NCBI GenBank assembly: GCA_031285745.1
Contig: JAITVQ010000161.1
Span: 1 to 54,692 of the forward strand
Length of the DNA stretch: 54,692 nt
Source of the DNA: Puniceicoccales bacterium
GTDB lineage: Bacteria; Verrucomicrobiota; Verrucomicrobiia; Opitutales; UBA953
Reading direction: 5' to 3'
A program made the position numbers and the translations under genes. The notes beneath the pieces were generated by a model. It did not search any database and had not been told where the DNA came from. It was given only the letters and a program-made list of their open reading frames with translations. Below, piece by piece: positions 8,680 through 18,179 of this stretch; positions within the stretch are counted from its first letter, which is position 1, and each line of letters starts with the position of its first letter.

Positions 8680-10194
8680 TCAGCTCCAAGACGCCGCAGG
8701 TGTTGCGGAAGAGTTTTTAATTGATTCGAGAGTCCGGCTCACCGTTTCCAGCAATCGGACGGTACGATCCCCGGCATCGGCAGTGCGACGTTGGTAACTG
8801 GTGGTCAGGTTCATCCCACCCCCGCCGACAAAGAGGCCGATCCGGGCGTAGGCATCGGTGAAACGATCATCTGTTTTTTTGGGATTCTTGGCGTTGAGGA
8901 TGGAGTCGGTTCCGTCTCCCAGGCCAAAGTTTCCTCCGTTACGGGCAGTATCAATCCGGGTGTCCCCAATCGCTTGAAAATCCCGTTTAAACTCAGCCCA
9001 ACCCTCCGCGATCATGCTGGACAGTCCATTGGTGAGCCAGCGGCTCGGCTCATTGCCCATGCCGACAGTGCGTTGGTTTTTGCTCCAGGCTGAATTGAAA
9101 TCGTCCATCCAGGTGCCCCGGCTTGATCCCTGGCCAATTCCGAGATCAGGGATCAGATCATCGACCCAACTGCGCATCCGTTTCCCCGATGCCTCGATGG
9201 CGGCCACCAGCGCTGTGCCCAACCCCTGTCCGATGTAGAGGCAGTTTTCCAGCATCGTGGTCACGAAATAACCCGCCGAGGAATAGAATGCCAACTTGAG
9301 GCCGCGAGAAACCAACTCCCCGAGGCGATTATTCTCGAACGCATACATCGTCATGCTGAGCACATTGCTGACCTCGGTGCCAGCGCTCTTGGCGGTTTCC
9401 TGCAGCCGGGGCATTAATGCCTGAGTCCTCTCAAGTAAAGGAGTGAGTGACTCCATGAGCGGCTGGGCAAAGGCCGATTGCACGTCCTTCCAGTGCTCGC
9501 TTAATTGGCGCATCTTGCCGGAGGCGGTCCCCATCCTGGCTTCTGCTGCCCCGCCGAAACGGTCAATGCTCTGGCGCAATTTCTCCCACACTACTTCGCC
9601 CTGGGCTCCGCGTTCGATCATGGCGTCGAGGTCGGCCTTGGCCGCAGGAGTGAGCACGCCGGACATCTGCAGTTGCATCATCCCGCGACCAGCGATCCCG
9701 GAGTGGATCTCGGCATAGGTGCGACCCAGCGCCTGGGCCATGCCTTCGACCGATTGCTCCGAACCCGCCGCGAGGTCGCTGATCAGACGCAGGGCTTCCG
9801 CACCGCCCCAGGCATTATTGGTGAAACGGGCCAGGGTCAGTTCCGCGCTGACCAATTCCTTTGGATCAAACGGCACGGAAAACTTCATGCCGTCGATTTC
9901 CTCGTAACGGCGCTTGGCTTCCTCGGCGCTGGCTGAGACTGCCCGCAGCCGGACGATCATGTCCTCATCCTCGGCCACCTCGGCCAGGCCGCCACGCACA
10001 AACCTGATTGCGCCGCCCAATGAAAGCATCCCGGCAGTCGTGGCCGCGATCGGCCCGATGATGCCCCGGAAAGGCATCATCAGCAGATTGGAGGCACTGT
10101 CAGTCAGGCCCCCGACCATCTGCTTCACGCCGCCGAGAACCTGACTGGCCCCGGCGTCGCGGGCGCGGATAACGATGTCGAGAAAGGATGGCAT
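8680..10194 (-). CDS. Tail tape measure protein (short)
   Basis: 504 aa, Ala/Gly/Met-rich and helical, with hydrophobic stretches (IIGPIAATTAGMLSLGGAI). It lies downstream of the tube and chaperone-position genes. Confidence 0.6.
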   Translation of the reverse strand: MPSFLDIVIRARDAGASQVLGGVKQMVGGLTDSASNLLMMPFRGIIGPIAATTAGMLSLGGAIRFVRGGLAEVAEDEDMIVRLRAVSASAEEAKRRYEEIDGMKFSVPFDPKELVSAELTLARFTNNAWGGAEALRLISDLAAGSEQSVEGMAQALGRTYAEIHSGIAGRGMMQLQMSGVLTPAAKADLDAMIERGAQGEVVWEKLRQSIDRFGGAAEARMGTASGKMRQLSEHWKDVQSAFAQPLMESLTPLLERTQALMPRLQETAKSAGTEVSNVLSMTMYAFENNRLGELVSRGLKLAFYSSAGYFVTTMLENCLYIGQGLGTALVAAIEASGKRMRSWVDDLIPDLGIGQGSSRGTWMDDFNSAWSKNQRTVGMGNEPSRWLTNGLSSMIAEGWAEFKRDFQAIGDTRIDTARNGGNFGLGDGTDSILNAKNPKKTDDRFTDAYARIGLFVGGGGMNLTTSYQRRTADAGDRTVRLLETVSRTLESIKNSSATPAASWS

Positions 10195-10235
10195 GGATTA
10201 TTTGATCTGCTGGGAAGGTGGCGTGGGCAGATCGT

Positions 10236-10796
10236 CTAGGGTGTCGCGCTCGACGTAGTCTCGGTCGGCGAACTTTCCTCCGTTGGCGAAGTGGGCGGCT
10301 GCGGCGAGGGCGTGGACGGTGGCCAAGGGGATTCTATCGAGGGTGTCGAAGGGGTGGATTCCTTGCTCGCTGGCGAGGTAGGCGATGAGTTGGAGGCCCC
10401 AGCCGACTCCGCAGGCGTCGCCGGGGCCGTCATCTCCCCCTTGGTAGGAATAAAGGAGGCAAATGCGTCAACGAAGAGGGTGCGAATCGCCCCGGCCACA
10501 TCCCAGAGCTGGCTGGGCGAAACCCTGTCGGAAACGTCTTCGGCGAGATTGCGCATCTCTTCGCTGTCAGGGCCAAGGGCGGCGAGTCGCCGGGCTTCCT
10601 TGCTGGGAAGAGTCAGGATGACGACAGCCTGCAAGACTTGGTCCAATGTGCTATCCAGTCCGGGTTGAGCGAAGGGACTGCCCAGACTTTGCAGGGCGAG
10701 CACATGGCCGAGCATCATCGGCTGCAGGGTAATTTCCCCGACCGTCACAGGCGACGGGCAGATGGCGTTAACGGCGCTGGTTGGATTCTTAAACAT
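10236..10796 (-). CDS. Tail assembly chaperone-position protein with a Pro/Ser/Thr-rich C-terminal tail
   Basis: 186 aa, lying between the putative tube and tape measure genes. The last ~60 aa are low complexity (PATPAESAGASNSSPTSPASKESTPSTPS...). Confidence 0.4.
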   Translation of the reverse strand: MFKNPTSAVNAICPSPVTVGEITLQPMMLGHVLALQSLGSPFAQPGLDSTLDQVLQAVVILTLPSKEARRLAALGPDSEEMRNLAEDVSDRVSPSQLWDVAGAIRTLFVDAFASFIPTKGEMTAPATPAESAGASNSSPTSPASKESTPSTPSIESPWPPSTPSPQPPTSPTEESSPTETTSSATP

Positions 10797-10825
10797 GGAA
10801 AGTAGTGTTAAGGAGATGAAGGGCC

Positions 10826-11191
10826 TCAGGCATCGTAATTGACCTTGTCAAAGCGCTTGGCCTTGATGGTGTATTTTGCGGCGCTCTTGTTTTCCCACTG
10901 CCGGTCGATACTGACGATGATGCCCTTGTAATCTTTCATCTCGCAGATATCGTCTTCCTTGGGTTCGGTGTAATTGCCCTTCACGACGACGACAAAGGAC
11001 ATGTCGTATTTCTTATTGGAGGTGATGTGCGAGACGGTTTCGCCCACCTCGTCTTCGACGGTTCCTTCGTCCTTGTTGCTGTTGATGGAGGACGATTGGA
11101 CGTAGCCGATGGTCGGCGACTTTACGAGGTCGGCGCAGCCATAGACGATGGTCTTGTCGCCGTAGATTTTTACTGAGTCAGGGAGAGCCAT
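10826..11191 (-). CDS. Putative major tail tube protein
   Basis: 121-aa ORF directly upstream of the chaperone and tape measure genes. There is no sheath gene nearby. Position-based call. Confidence 0.4.
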   Translation of the reverse strand: MALPDSVKIYGDKTIVYGCADLVKSPTIGYVQSSSINSNKDEGTVEDEVGETVSHITSNKKYDMSFVVVVKGNYTEPKEDDICEMKDYKGIIVSIDRQWENKSAAKYTIKAKRFDKVNYDA

Positions 11192-11223
11192 GATGATGGA
11201 TGTTGAGTTGTGAAAGTTCGGGA

Positions 11224-11658
11224 TCAGTTGCGGGACTCGAAAGCCCAGAGGATTTCAGCGGTGATGCTGTGGCCTGCCGTGCCGACCGGAGTGGCGATCG
11301 CATCATGCCCGGTCACCCGGAAGCAGGAGTCCGTCGCTACATTCGACGGCTGGCCGGGGGCTTCATGAATGGCATAAATGGCCGACTCGATGATGGGCAG
11401 AAGCGGCTTGGCCTTGTCGGCCAGCATGGAGGCAAAAAAGGAAATGACGATCGTCTCGTTGATGAGGCCAACCCCCATGGCGCTCTCGGATTCGTTGCCT
11501 CGCGAGGTCTGGATCGCCACACAGAGCGCGGTGTTTTTGCTGATTTCTGAGGCGATAAGAAAAGACAGGTCGGCCTTGTCTTCAGTGTAGACCGGCACGC
11601 CCTGGATTTCAGGAATACCCTGCAGGAGTTCAGCGATGCGTTTTTGGAGGAAAACCAT
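11224..11658 (-). CDS. Putative head-tail joining or tail terminator protein (Mu gp37-like position)
   Basis: 144-aa ORF between the gpG-like protein and the tube. Position-based call. Confidence 0.35.
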   Translation of the reverse strand: MVFLQKRIAELLQGIPEIQGVPVYTEDKADLSFLIASEISKNTALCVAIQTSRGNESESAMGVGLINETIVISFFASMLADKAKPLLPIIESAIYAIHEAPGQPSNVATDSCFRVTGHDAIATPVGTAGHSITAEILWAFESRN

Positions 11659-11660
11659 GA

Positions 11661-12230
11661 TTAATTTTTCTGTTCGGCGACCAACTCGGCAGCCCGGTCA
11701 CAAAGACGGCGCTCCAGTTCGTTCATGTCGGGCAGTGCCCGTGGATCAGGGTCGTGGATAGTGAATTCCCGCAAGTGGTAGTAGAGGATCAGGTGACCCG
11801 ATACGCTGGATGCCAGGAACTCTTTTTCGGTTTTGGGATTAGTCCATTTGAAGAGTCCCGGAATCTGGCACTCGCGGGCGCGGATACCGTAGACGGACTC
11901 ATGGACAGGGATGGCCAGGTTGTCGGCCTCCTGGGCCTTGACGGTGCCACTCTTGACTTTCAGGGCGATGGCCGGATGGGCGATTGTGACAGTGGCTCCC
12001 TCATCAGTGGCTCCCGCCAGGGCAGTCACCCTGCGAATGCCCGCCCAGAAATGCTGCCGGGGCCAGCCTTGCTTGTTGGGGGAATCCTGCTCCCGGGTGG
12101 CGAAGTGAGCACGAAGGGCTACCTCCACCATTTTTCCCAGGCGGAATAGAATGGGACGCGGATGGGTCACCCCTTGGAGGATTCTCTCCAGCGAGGGAGT
12201 CGCCTCGTCATAAAACCACAGGTTGATCAT
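11661..12230 (-). CDS. Virion morphogenesis protein (Mu gpG / P2 S-like)
   Basis: 189 aa. The N-terminal pattern LERILQGV...LFRLGKMVEVALRAHFATREQDSPNKQGWP fits the remembered gpG-family pattern (mr.iG..l......F......G..W.p). Confidence 0.45.
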   Translation of the reverse strand: MINLWFYDEATPSLERILQGVTHPRPILFRLGKMVEVALRAHFATREQDSPNKQGWPRQHFWAGIRRVTALAGATDEGATVTIAHPAIALKVKSGTVKAQEADNLAIPVHESVYGIRARECQIPGLFKWTNPKTEKEFLASSVSGHLILYYHLREFTIHDPDPRALPDMNELERRLCDRAAELVAEQKN

Positions 12231-13030
12231 GCGACATCCTCCAGGCTGGCGGTGTCTCCGGAGAGGTTGACTCGGTCCCCAAAAAAATCCGCGAGCAGTT
12301 CGCGGGCCTGCGGCGAGAGTCCTGCGGTGCTGGCTTTCAACTCCTTGTTGAAGCCTTCCTCGGCGGGGGTGATCTTTTCACCCTTGGCGATCACGCCCAT
12401 ATCCTCGGCCTCGCTCCGGTGGATGTCCTCGATGCCCATACCGGAGCCGTAGTCGAACGGCGGCCAAGGCCGGCCAAAGCGGGACAGCTTGATCCAGACG
12501 GGATCGTCCTTGCGGGCAATCATCCGGCCATCGTAAAGCTGCCCGCCTGCCGCTTGCCAACGGGCGACCCAGTCAAGGCGCTCCTTGATGCGTGATTCGA
12601 CCCGGAGAAATTCCTGGCATGGGTATTCATCCAGGAGTTCGGGGTCTTGTTCCATTTTCCAGCGTCCGTAGGAATTGGCGTCCTCGACCTGGAAATCATA
12701 AATTAGCTGCAGGCGGCGGATGGATGAAATGTCCTCCAGGCTGCCCTTGGTTCCATCCGCGATCGCGCCCAGTTCCCGGCGCATGTCGGCCACGAATTTG
12801 CTCCGGTCCATGAAAGGACCGGTGCCGTCCGGCTTCACCGCCTGCAGCAGCTTGGTCCGCATGCTGTCCAGGACGCGGATTTTTTCGATACCGGAACTCC
12901 AAAGCGACCGCTCCCGGATGGCCAGCGGCACCCCCTCCCACTCGGCACTACGCAGTGGAGACGGCACCAGGACTTTACCCTGGAGCCGTTCGACGGCCTG
13001 CTGAAATGGTATGACGGTGGGTTTTGGCAT
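12227..13030 (-). CDS. MuF-like (gp30-like) minor head protein
   Basis: 267 aa. The N-terminus PFQQAVERLQGKVLVPSPLRSAEWEGVPLAIRERSLWSSGIEKIRVLDSMRTKL resembles the Phage_Mu_F domain start. Confidence 0.45.
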   Translation of the reverse strand: MPKPTVIPFQQAVERLQGKVLVPSPLRSAEWEGVPLAIRERSLWSSGIEKIRVLDSMRTKLLQAVKPDGTGPFMDRSKFVADMRRELGAIADGTKGSLEDISSIRRLQLIYDFQVEDANSYGRWKMEQDPELLDEYPCQEFLRVESRIKERLDWVARWQAAGGQLYDGRMIARKDDPVWIKLSRFGRPWPPFDYGSGMGIEDIHRSEAEDMGVIAKGEKITPAEEGFNKELKASTAGLSPQARELLADFFGDRVNLSGDTASLEDVA

Positions 13031-13033
13031 GGA

Positions 13034-13486
13034 TTAAATGCCCGATTGTTTTTTTCGGGAAAAGATACGGGGGCGGCTCCGGACGTGGGGACTCCCGCCT
13101 CCGGGCATTTGCTCCGGCCCCAGTTCATCGGGAACTTCGAGGGCGAATTTACAGGACGCTACATCGGCAAGCAGCTTGATGGCATCGTCATATTCCTTCT
13201 CGCGGGCGGGCGTGTTCAGCGCCGGAACCGGCAAGCGGCTGAGCAACCGGAAACGGATGATCGCCAGGGCCGTCCCGACCAGTTGGTCGGGAATAGTCCC
13301 GGCAGGACCAAGCTTGTTTTTCCGACAAGCTTTCACCCGGCCCCGGATTTCATTCACGGTAAACTCGACGACCTCTTTCAACGGATCAGGTTGGCGAGGG
13401 TCTTTCGCCGCACTCTCCACCGCGTCCATTTCCGGACCGGTGAGACGGGAGGCAACGCGTTCGACTGTGAGTGAAATCCAGGCCAT
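13034..13486 (-). CDS. DUF1320-like (Mu gp36-like) head-tail connector protein
   Basis: 150 aa, directly downstream of the capsid gene. It has the helical pattern typical of this family. Confidence 0.45.
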   Translation of the reverse strand: MAWISLTVERVASRLTGPEMDAVESAAKDPRQPDPLKEVVEFTVNEIRGRVKACRKNKLGPAGTIPDQLVGTALAIIRFRLLSRLPVPALNTPAREKEYDDAIKLLADVASCKFALEVPDELGPEQMPGGGSPHVRSRPRIFSRKKQSGI

Positions 13487-13519
13487 GGTGATTTAGTTAG
13501 TGATTAACTCCTGGTCGGA

Positions 13520-14446
13520 TTATTCTTCCTTGGCGTTGGTGCGATCAGCAGCCGTGCCGTTGGTCACGACGATTTCTTCGATCCAGTCCATTTTGAGGAT
13601 GTCATCGCGTTCGTCTTCGGACTTGTAGGCACCCGGGCGCATCCATTGTCCCATCAGCCGGAACGTCTTCATGAAAGACGGGTCCATCGTGTTGGGGTTT
13701 GGATTGCAGGCGAAGACGATGATAGCCTCGTCGACCAGGAACTGGATGTCTTCCTCTTTTCCTTCCGGGGCGGCATCATGCACCATCAGGGCTGTCTCGA
13801 TTTCCGGCTTGCCGATCAGCATGTCGGAGAGGTCGGTCAGCGTCGGAACCTTGAGGGCCTTGCCGCCGCCGCCGTTGAAACGATACAGCACCTTGCTGTT
13901 ATTTTTAAACAGGCGCTCGGCGGTTGGTCCGAAGAGAATGCGGATACCCGCCCCATTTTTGGCCAGCTTCATGACCTTGATGATCTTCTTATCCAGATAA
14001 TCAATCGGGTCGAAGTTGGCGGCCTTGAAGTCGACGTCGTCACCGGCCCCGACTTGTTCCAGCATGGTATCGATAACATTGGCTTCGTGATCCAGGCCGG
14101 AAGAGTCAGCCAGCAACGTGGTGCCATAGCGCACCTGGTTCATGAAGCCCTCGTCATTGAGGGTCTCGACATTCGGAATCGGAAAATCGAGAGCGTGCGG
14201 GATCAGGTTATACTTGGCATCCTTGGCGGTGAAACCGATGCGGGTGGCTTTTCCGTCCGTATTGCGCAGGGTGTTGGGCCGTTTGTAGCGGTGCTTGGCA
14301 TCGTAGATTTTATATTGTCCGGTGAGCGTGGGCACCTCGACAGTGGGCGCGACGAAGTTGGCTACCTTGCGAATCGCGCTCTGGGAGGCATCGCGGGCAA
14401 AGTTGCGGATGGTCGGGTTGGTCCCGATGGAACGAAGACGAGTCAT
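13520..14446 (-). CDS. Major capsid protein (Mu gpT-like by size and position)
   Basis: 308-aa ORF downstream of the protease-scaffold gene and a small decoration-like ORF. No motif-level proof. Confidence 0.6.
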   Translation of the reverse strand: MTRLRSIGTNPTIRNFARDASQSAIRKVANFVAPTVEVPTLTGQYKIYDAKHRYKRPNTLRNTDGKATRIGFTAKDAKYNLIPHALDFPIPNVETLNDEGFMNQVRYGTTLLADSSGLDHEANVIDTMLEQVGAGDDVDFKAANFDPIDYLDKKIIKVMKLAKNGAGIRILFGPTAERLFKNNSKVLYRFNGGGGKALKVPTLTDLSDMLIGKPEIETALMVHDAAPEGKEEDIQFLVDEAIIVFACNPNPNTMDPSFMKTFRLMGQWMRPGAYKSEDERDDILKMDWIEEIVVTNGTAADRTNAKEE

Positions 14447-14500
14447 GGTATTTCGTGATGAGAGTTAGTCTGGAGTGAGTGTCCCGTGATCGGTTGGAAA

Positions 14501-14932
14501 TCAGGCGACGGTGATGAATGAGAACGGAGCCGGTCGGAAGAGAGCCAACTGCCCGTCAACGCCAGTCTCCTCGGCCCAACCAACCACGCGGTAGGTGCCT
14601 GCAGTCGCGGGCAACTTGCGAATCATGCCCCGGTCGGCCTCAGTGGCGGCATCGGCCAGGACCAGTGTGTCGCCGGGAGCACAGGTGCCGCGCAACCAGC
14701 CGCGTTGGTTCTTGTCAGGAATCAATGGTTGGGCTGGCACGATGGCTCCCGCGTCACCCTCGTCATCGAGGAGATAGAGCGGGCCAGGGTCATTGGTGGT
14801 AGGCAACGCTACCGCTGCGAGACCGGTAGCGGCAGCAAGCATGGTGACGAGCCGGGAACGCTTCCCGAGCAGGTTTTCGTTGGCGAGGACGGGAATGGAA
14901 CCGGCCCGCGTGTTGGATTGGTCTGGATTCAT
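14501..14932 (-). CDS. Capsid-associated small protein (DUF2190-like decoration/cement candidate)
   Basis: 143 aa between the protease-scaffold and capsid genes. The C-terminal pattern GDTLVLAD...YRVVGWAEETGVDGQLALF resembles DUF2190. Confidence 0.4.
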   Translation of the reverse strand: MNPDQSNTRAGSIPVLANENLLGKRSRLVTMLAAATGLAAVALPTTNDPGPLYLLDDEGDAGAIVPAQPLIPDKNQRGWLRGTCAPGDTLVLADAATEADRGMIRKLPATAGTYRVVGWAEETGVDGQLALFRPAPFSFITVA

Positions 14933-14997
14933 TGCGGTGTGGTTGGAGAGTTGGATTGCTGGGTTGGATTGATGAGTGGATCTGCAGTCGCAGTTCG

Positions 14998-16041
14998 TCA
15001 GGCGGGGTTTTCCGCTTCAGCCTGCTCGTAGGCTTGCCCGAGGGTGAGCTTCGGATTGTTTTTCCGTAGCTCCTGGGCACGATTGGAGATACGGGAGGCA
15101 CGGGCTTCCTCCGATTTGTCCTTGGCATCTCCGGCCACGACTTCGGGAGTCTTGGCGTTGCGGCGATTGGTCAGCGGATTTCTCGGATCGTCCTTCTTTT
15201 CGGGAAGCATGCCGAAGAGTGTCCGGGCGGTGTCCCGATTCTTCACATACAGGTCGGACATCTCCGTGCGTTTTTTCTCGTCGGTGATGCCGTGTTTTTC
15301 GCAGAGCGCCAAAGCTTCGGCTTTGCGATTTTCCACGACCTCGGCTTCCAGGGTCTTGAGCGACCCGGTTTTCTCGGCAATGGCGGCGAGGATTTCGTCG
15401 ACAGTGGCAGTTTCCGGCAGCCCAAGGGCAGCCGCTATCTTTTTGAGTTCGTCCATGGATGGATTGGTTTGAGTTGTTGTTGGGTCAGATTCAGCGTTGG
15501 AAAGCGGTTGGAGGGTTTTCATATTGGGCCGATTGGTCACGGCGGCCCCGACCAGGCGCGTGGGCCGGAAACGGTTATCGCCGAGCCATTCGAGCATGGA
15601 GCCGGTCGGGAATTCCGGGGACAGGAACCGATACTCCCCGCCCTGGACTTCGTCCTGGGCCGAGTTGGTCCAGCGGATCGGCGCATACACGCCTCCCTCC
15701 CGCAATACCGGTGCGGAGAGCCAGCCAGCCGCCCGCGTGGGCTTGTCGGCATCGTGGGACAGATGGTCGTAATCGACGAGAAGGTCGCCACCCGGGAAGC
15801 TGTTCACCATCGCCTGCATGGCGGCATTGTCCACGACCTGGATGATGACGAGGTCGCCATCCTTGTCGGCCCGGGAGCGGAGCGATTTCTGGGCAGCAGG
15901 CGGCAGGGCGCGGATGTTGGTGACGGTGGAATACTCGCCGGGGGCGACGACGTGGAAGTGCCCGTCTTTCGGAAGTTGGAAATCCCGGTTCAGCAGGGCG
16001 ACCGCAGTCCCGATGATGCGATGGTGGATGGTACGGCTCAT
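14998..16041 (-). CDS. Mu gpI-like prohead protease with a C-terminal scaffold region
   Basis: 347 aa. The N-terminal half (FQLPKDGHFHVVAPGEY...LLVDYDHLSHD...AAGWL...YRFLSPEF) matches the remembered Mu-like prophage I protein signature. The C-terminal half is charged and helical. The start forms an ATGA overlap with the portal stop. Confidence 0.75.
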   Translation of the reverse strand: MSRTIHHRIIGTAVALLNRDFQLPKDGHFHVVAPGEYSTVTNIRALPPAAQKSLRSRADKDGDLVIIQVVDNAAMQAMVNSFPGGDLLVDYDHLSHDADKPTRAAGWLSAPVLREGGVYAPIRWTNSAQDEVQGGEYRFLSPEFPTGSMLEWLGDNRFRPTRLVGAAVTNRPNMKTLQPLSNAESDPTTTQTNPSMDELKKIAAALGLPETATVDEILAAIAEKTGSLKTLEAEVVENRKAEALALCEKHGITDEKKRTEMSDLYVKNRDTARTLFGMLPEKKDDPRNPLTNRRNAKTPEVVAGDAKDKSEEARASRISNRAQELRKNNPKLTLGQAYEQAEAENPA

Positions 16042-18179
16042 GACTTGACTTTTTTGGTGGTTCGCGCAGATTTGGTTTTAACAGGAGGCCGTTCCGGACG
16101 TTTGCCCAAGGCGTTGCAAAGCGCATGCAGCCCCTCTCTGTTTTTCATTTTGTAGAGTGATGTGGGGACGAGTTGTTTTTTTCCGGTGCGGACTTCCTCG
16201 TAGAGATAATAGGTGCCGCCGATCTTGGCTTTATATTCGATGGTCTGGAGCCCGCGTCCCGTTTGCCCTCCCAGACGGATATCGGCCTTGGCAACGATTT
16301 CCGGGATGCGCTGGATGTCGGCCTTGGTGATGGGGACTTGGCCGCGCAGGGTTTCGGTGGCCGAGCCATGCCGCTTATCGATGTGCCGGATTTTGTCGGC
16401 ATCGACTGCCCGCTCAAAGCCCTCGAACTTGAGTCCGGTGGCCTTTTCGAGTCGGGCGGCCTCAGTGCTGTCAACCTTGGCAATCGATTGGGTGCCCTTG
16501 AAATTCTTGTCGGCGAGCGCCTGCTCATAGAAGGTGCCCAGTGCTTGCTTGCTGTCCTCCGACTTAGGGGATGAGGCGCTGGCCCCGTCGCCGGTGAATT
16601 GGCCTCCCTCGGCAGACCCGGCAGGCTGGCGATCCTGGTCGGTGTTTTTGAGTGCAGGCAGGTCGCTGTCCTTAATGCCTTGAGCAACGGCATCGAGCAT
16701 CCCGCGCTCCAGGACGGCAGCGGTGGCATCGGTGCCAAACATGGCCGCGAGATCAGGAACATCGGCCTCGGTGGCAGTGCCTGCCTCCAGCTTGGCCAGA
16801 AACTTTTCGACGAGATCCCGGGCAGGCTCGAAATCCTTGGCCATGGCCCGGAGTAATTCACTCGATGACTCCGGATCGGCGGTCTCGCGATTGAGCAGGC
16901 CCGGTAGACCGGGTGATGGCACCGGAGCCGTGGCCGGCTTCAAGGTAACGATCCAGCCGGTCTTTTCCTTCACCTGGTCGGGATCGACCTGATAGCCAGC
17001 CTGCGAGAGCGAGGCAACCTGGGTGACAGCGGCCCCCGAGTCAGTTTCCTCATTCGCGGCCAGTTCAAAATAGGCGACCTTGGGTTGGCCGGGGAATTCA
17101 GCGTCCAGGATACTGTCGACCAGTTGCCGGTTGAAGGTTTCGGAAATGCGGCGAGCCTCACTGGAGGCGATCTGGTCGAATACTTTCTGGTGGGCACTCC
17201 CGGCCAGTGTGCCGCTACCCGGTGCCGTCAGCATGGTCAATTTCCCTCCGGTCCCGGCGAGGACCAGCTTCTCCGTGAGGAAGTCGAGCCGATCGAGAAA
17301 GGTCCGGGCGTCATGCGGCGGAGTGTTGGGTTGCCAGTTCGATCCGTTGGGCAGGTAGCCACTCCCGCCCTCGGCGATCTTGCGGGCGGCTTCCTCATAG
17401 GCGGCCTCGTCGTCTTCGGCGACATCCGGGGGGCCAATCACGACACCGCTCGGAATGTAGACGCTTTCGTTGAAGGCATCCCAGTCTTTCTCACTGAAGG
17501 AACTGCGGACATGCTTGATCAGTCCGAAGCGATTGATCGGCCTGCGCGATTCCCGGTAGAGAAAATTCTTTGGATGCATATCCATCTCCGAACCGAGTTC
17601 CTCGTAGCCGCAACTGCGGGCGGTGGGATTATAGCGCCAGGCACCCTTGAAACCGTCACGGATCGCGTTCCATTGGTCGACGATCTCCAGGTGGTAAACA
17701 TCACCCCCGGCATCAAAATACTTTTCGCAATGGGCAAAGCCCCGGAAAGGAGCCATGGCCAGATGTTCGATTGCGTCGTAGAGATTATCGATCTTGGCCA
17801 GCTTCTCGCTGATGCAGGCGAACTGCTCATCAACCAGGGTTTTGTCGGCATCCTTTTCGGTGCCGACATTATGGTTCATTTCCAAGATGCGACCGAGGCG
17901 GGCTTCCAGCAGGCCAATCATGTCCGGGTCCGTCTGCTCGACATAATAATAGGTCCACTGCAAGTCGGACATCCGACCCCGCTCATAATCTTCCAGAAGC
18001 GAGATGGCCTTGGCAATGGTCAGGCCCCGGAGCGGATTGAATTGCTCACGCCAGGTGTTGAGTTTCAGGCGGACTCCCATCGACATGGCCCCCGAGGGCG
18101 CAGCAGTCAAACGAATGGGCCTGCCGTGGGCATCATACCAGGTGTCCGGCTTCTTGTTTTTCAAAGGAGTCTTTTTCAT
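16038..18179 (-). CDS. Portal protein (DUF935 / Mu gp29-like) with an extra ~200-aa C-terminal extension
   Basis: 713 aa, about 200 aa longer than the ~512-aa Mu portal. It lies directly downstream of TerL with overlapping start and stop. The extension (aa ~510-713) has a low-complexity linker with GGQF, followed by a domain with DKIRHIDKRHG. Confidence 0.75.
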   Translation of the reverse strand: MKKTPLKNKKPDTWYDAHGRPIRLTAAPSGAMSMGVRLKLNTWREQFNPLRGLTIAKAISLLEDYERGRMSDLQWTYYYVEQTDPDMIGLLEARLGRILEMNHNVGTEKDADKTLVDEQFACISEKLAKIDNLYDAIEHLAMAPFRGFAHCEKYFDAGGDVYHLEIVDQWNAIRDGFKGAWRYNPTARSCGYEELGSEMDMHPKNFLYRESRRPINRFGLIKHVRSSFSEKDWDAFNESVYIPSGVVIGPPDVAEDDEAAYEEAARKIAEGGSGYLPNGSNWQPNTPPHDARTFLDRLDFLTEKLVLAGTGGKLTMLTAPGSGTLAGSAHQKVFDQIASSEARRISETFNRQLVDSILDAEFPGQPKVAYFELAANEETDSGAAVTQVASLSQAGYQVDPDQVKEKTGWIVTLKPATAPVPSPGLPGLLNRETADPESSSELLRAMAKDFEPARDLVEKFLAKLEAGTATEADVPDLAAMFGTDATAAVLERGMLDAVAQGIKDSDLPALKNTDQDRQPAGSAEGGQFTGDGASASSPKSEDSKQALGTFYEQALADKNFKGTQSIAKVDSTEAARLEKATGLKFEGFERAVDADKIRHIDKRHGSATETLRGQVPITKADIQRIPEIVAKADIRLGGQTGRGLQTIEYKAKIGGTYYLYEEVRTGKKQLVPTSLYKMKNREGLHALCNALGKRPERPPVKTKSARTTKKVKS

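Noticed and set aside
13646-16155. 270-aa and 287-aa + strand ORFs (13646..14458 and 15292..16155)
   Set aside because: They are antisense to the capsid and protease-scaffold genes.
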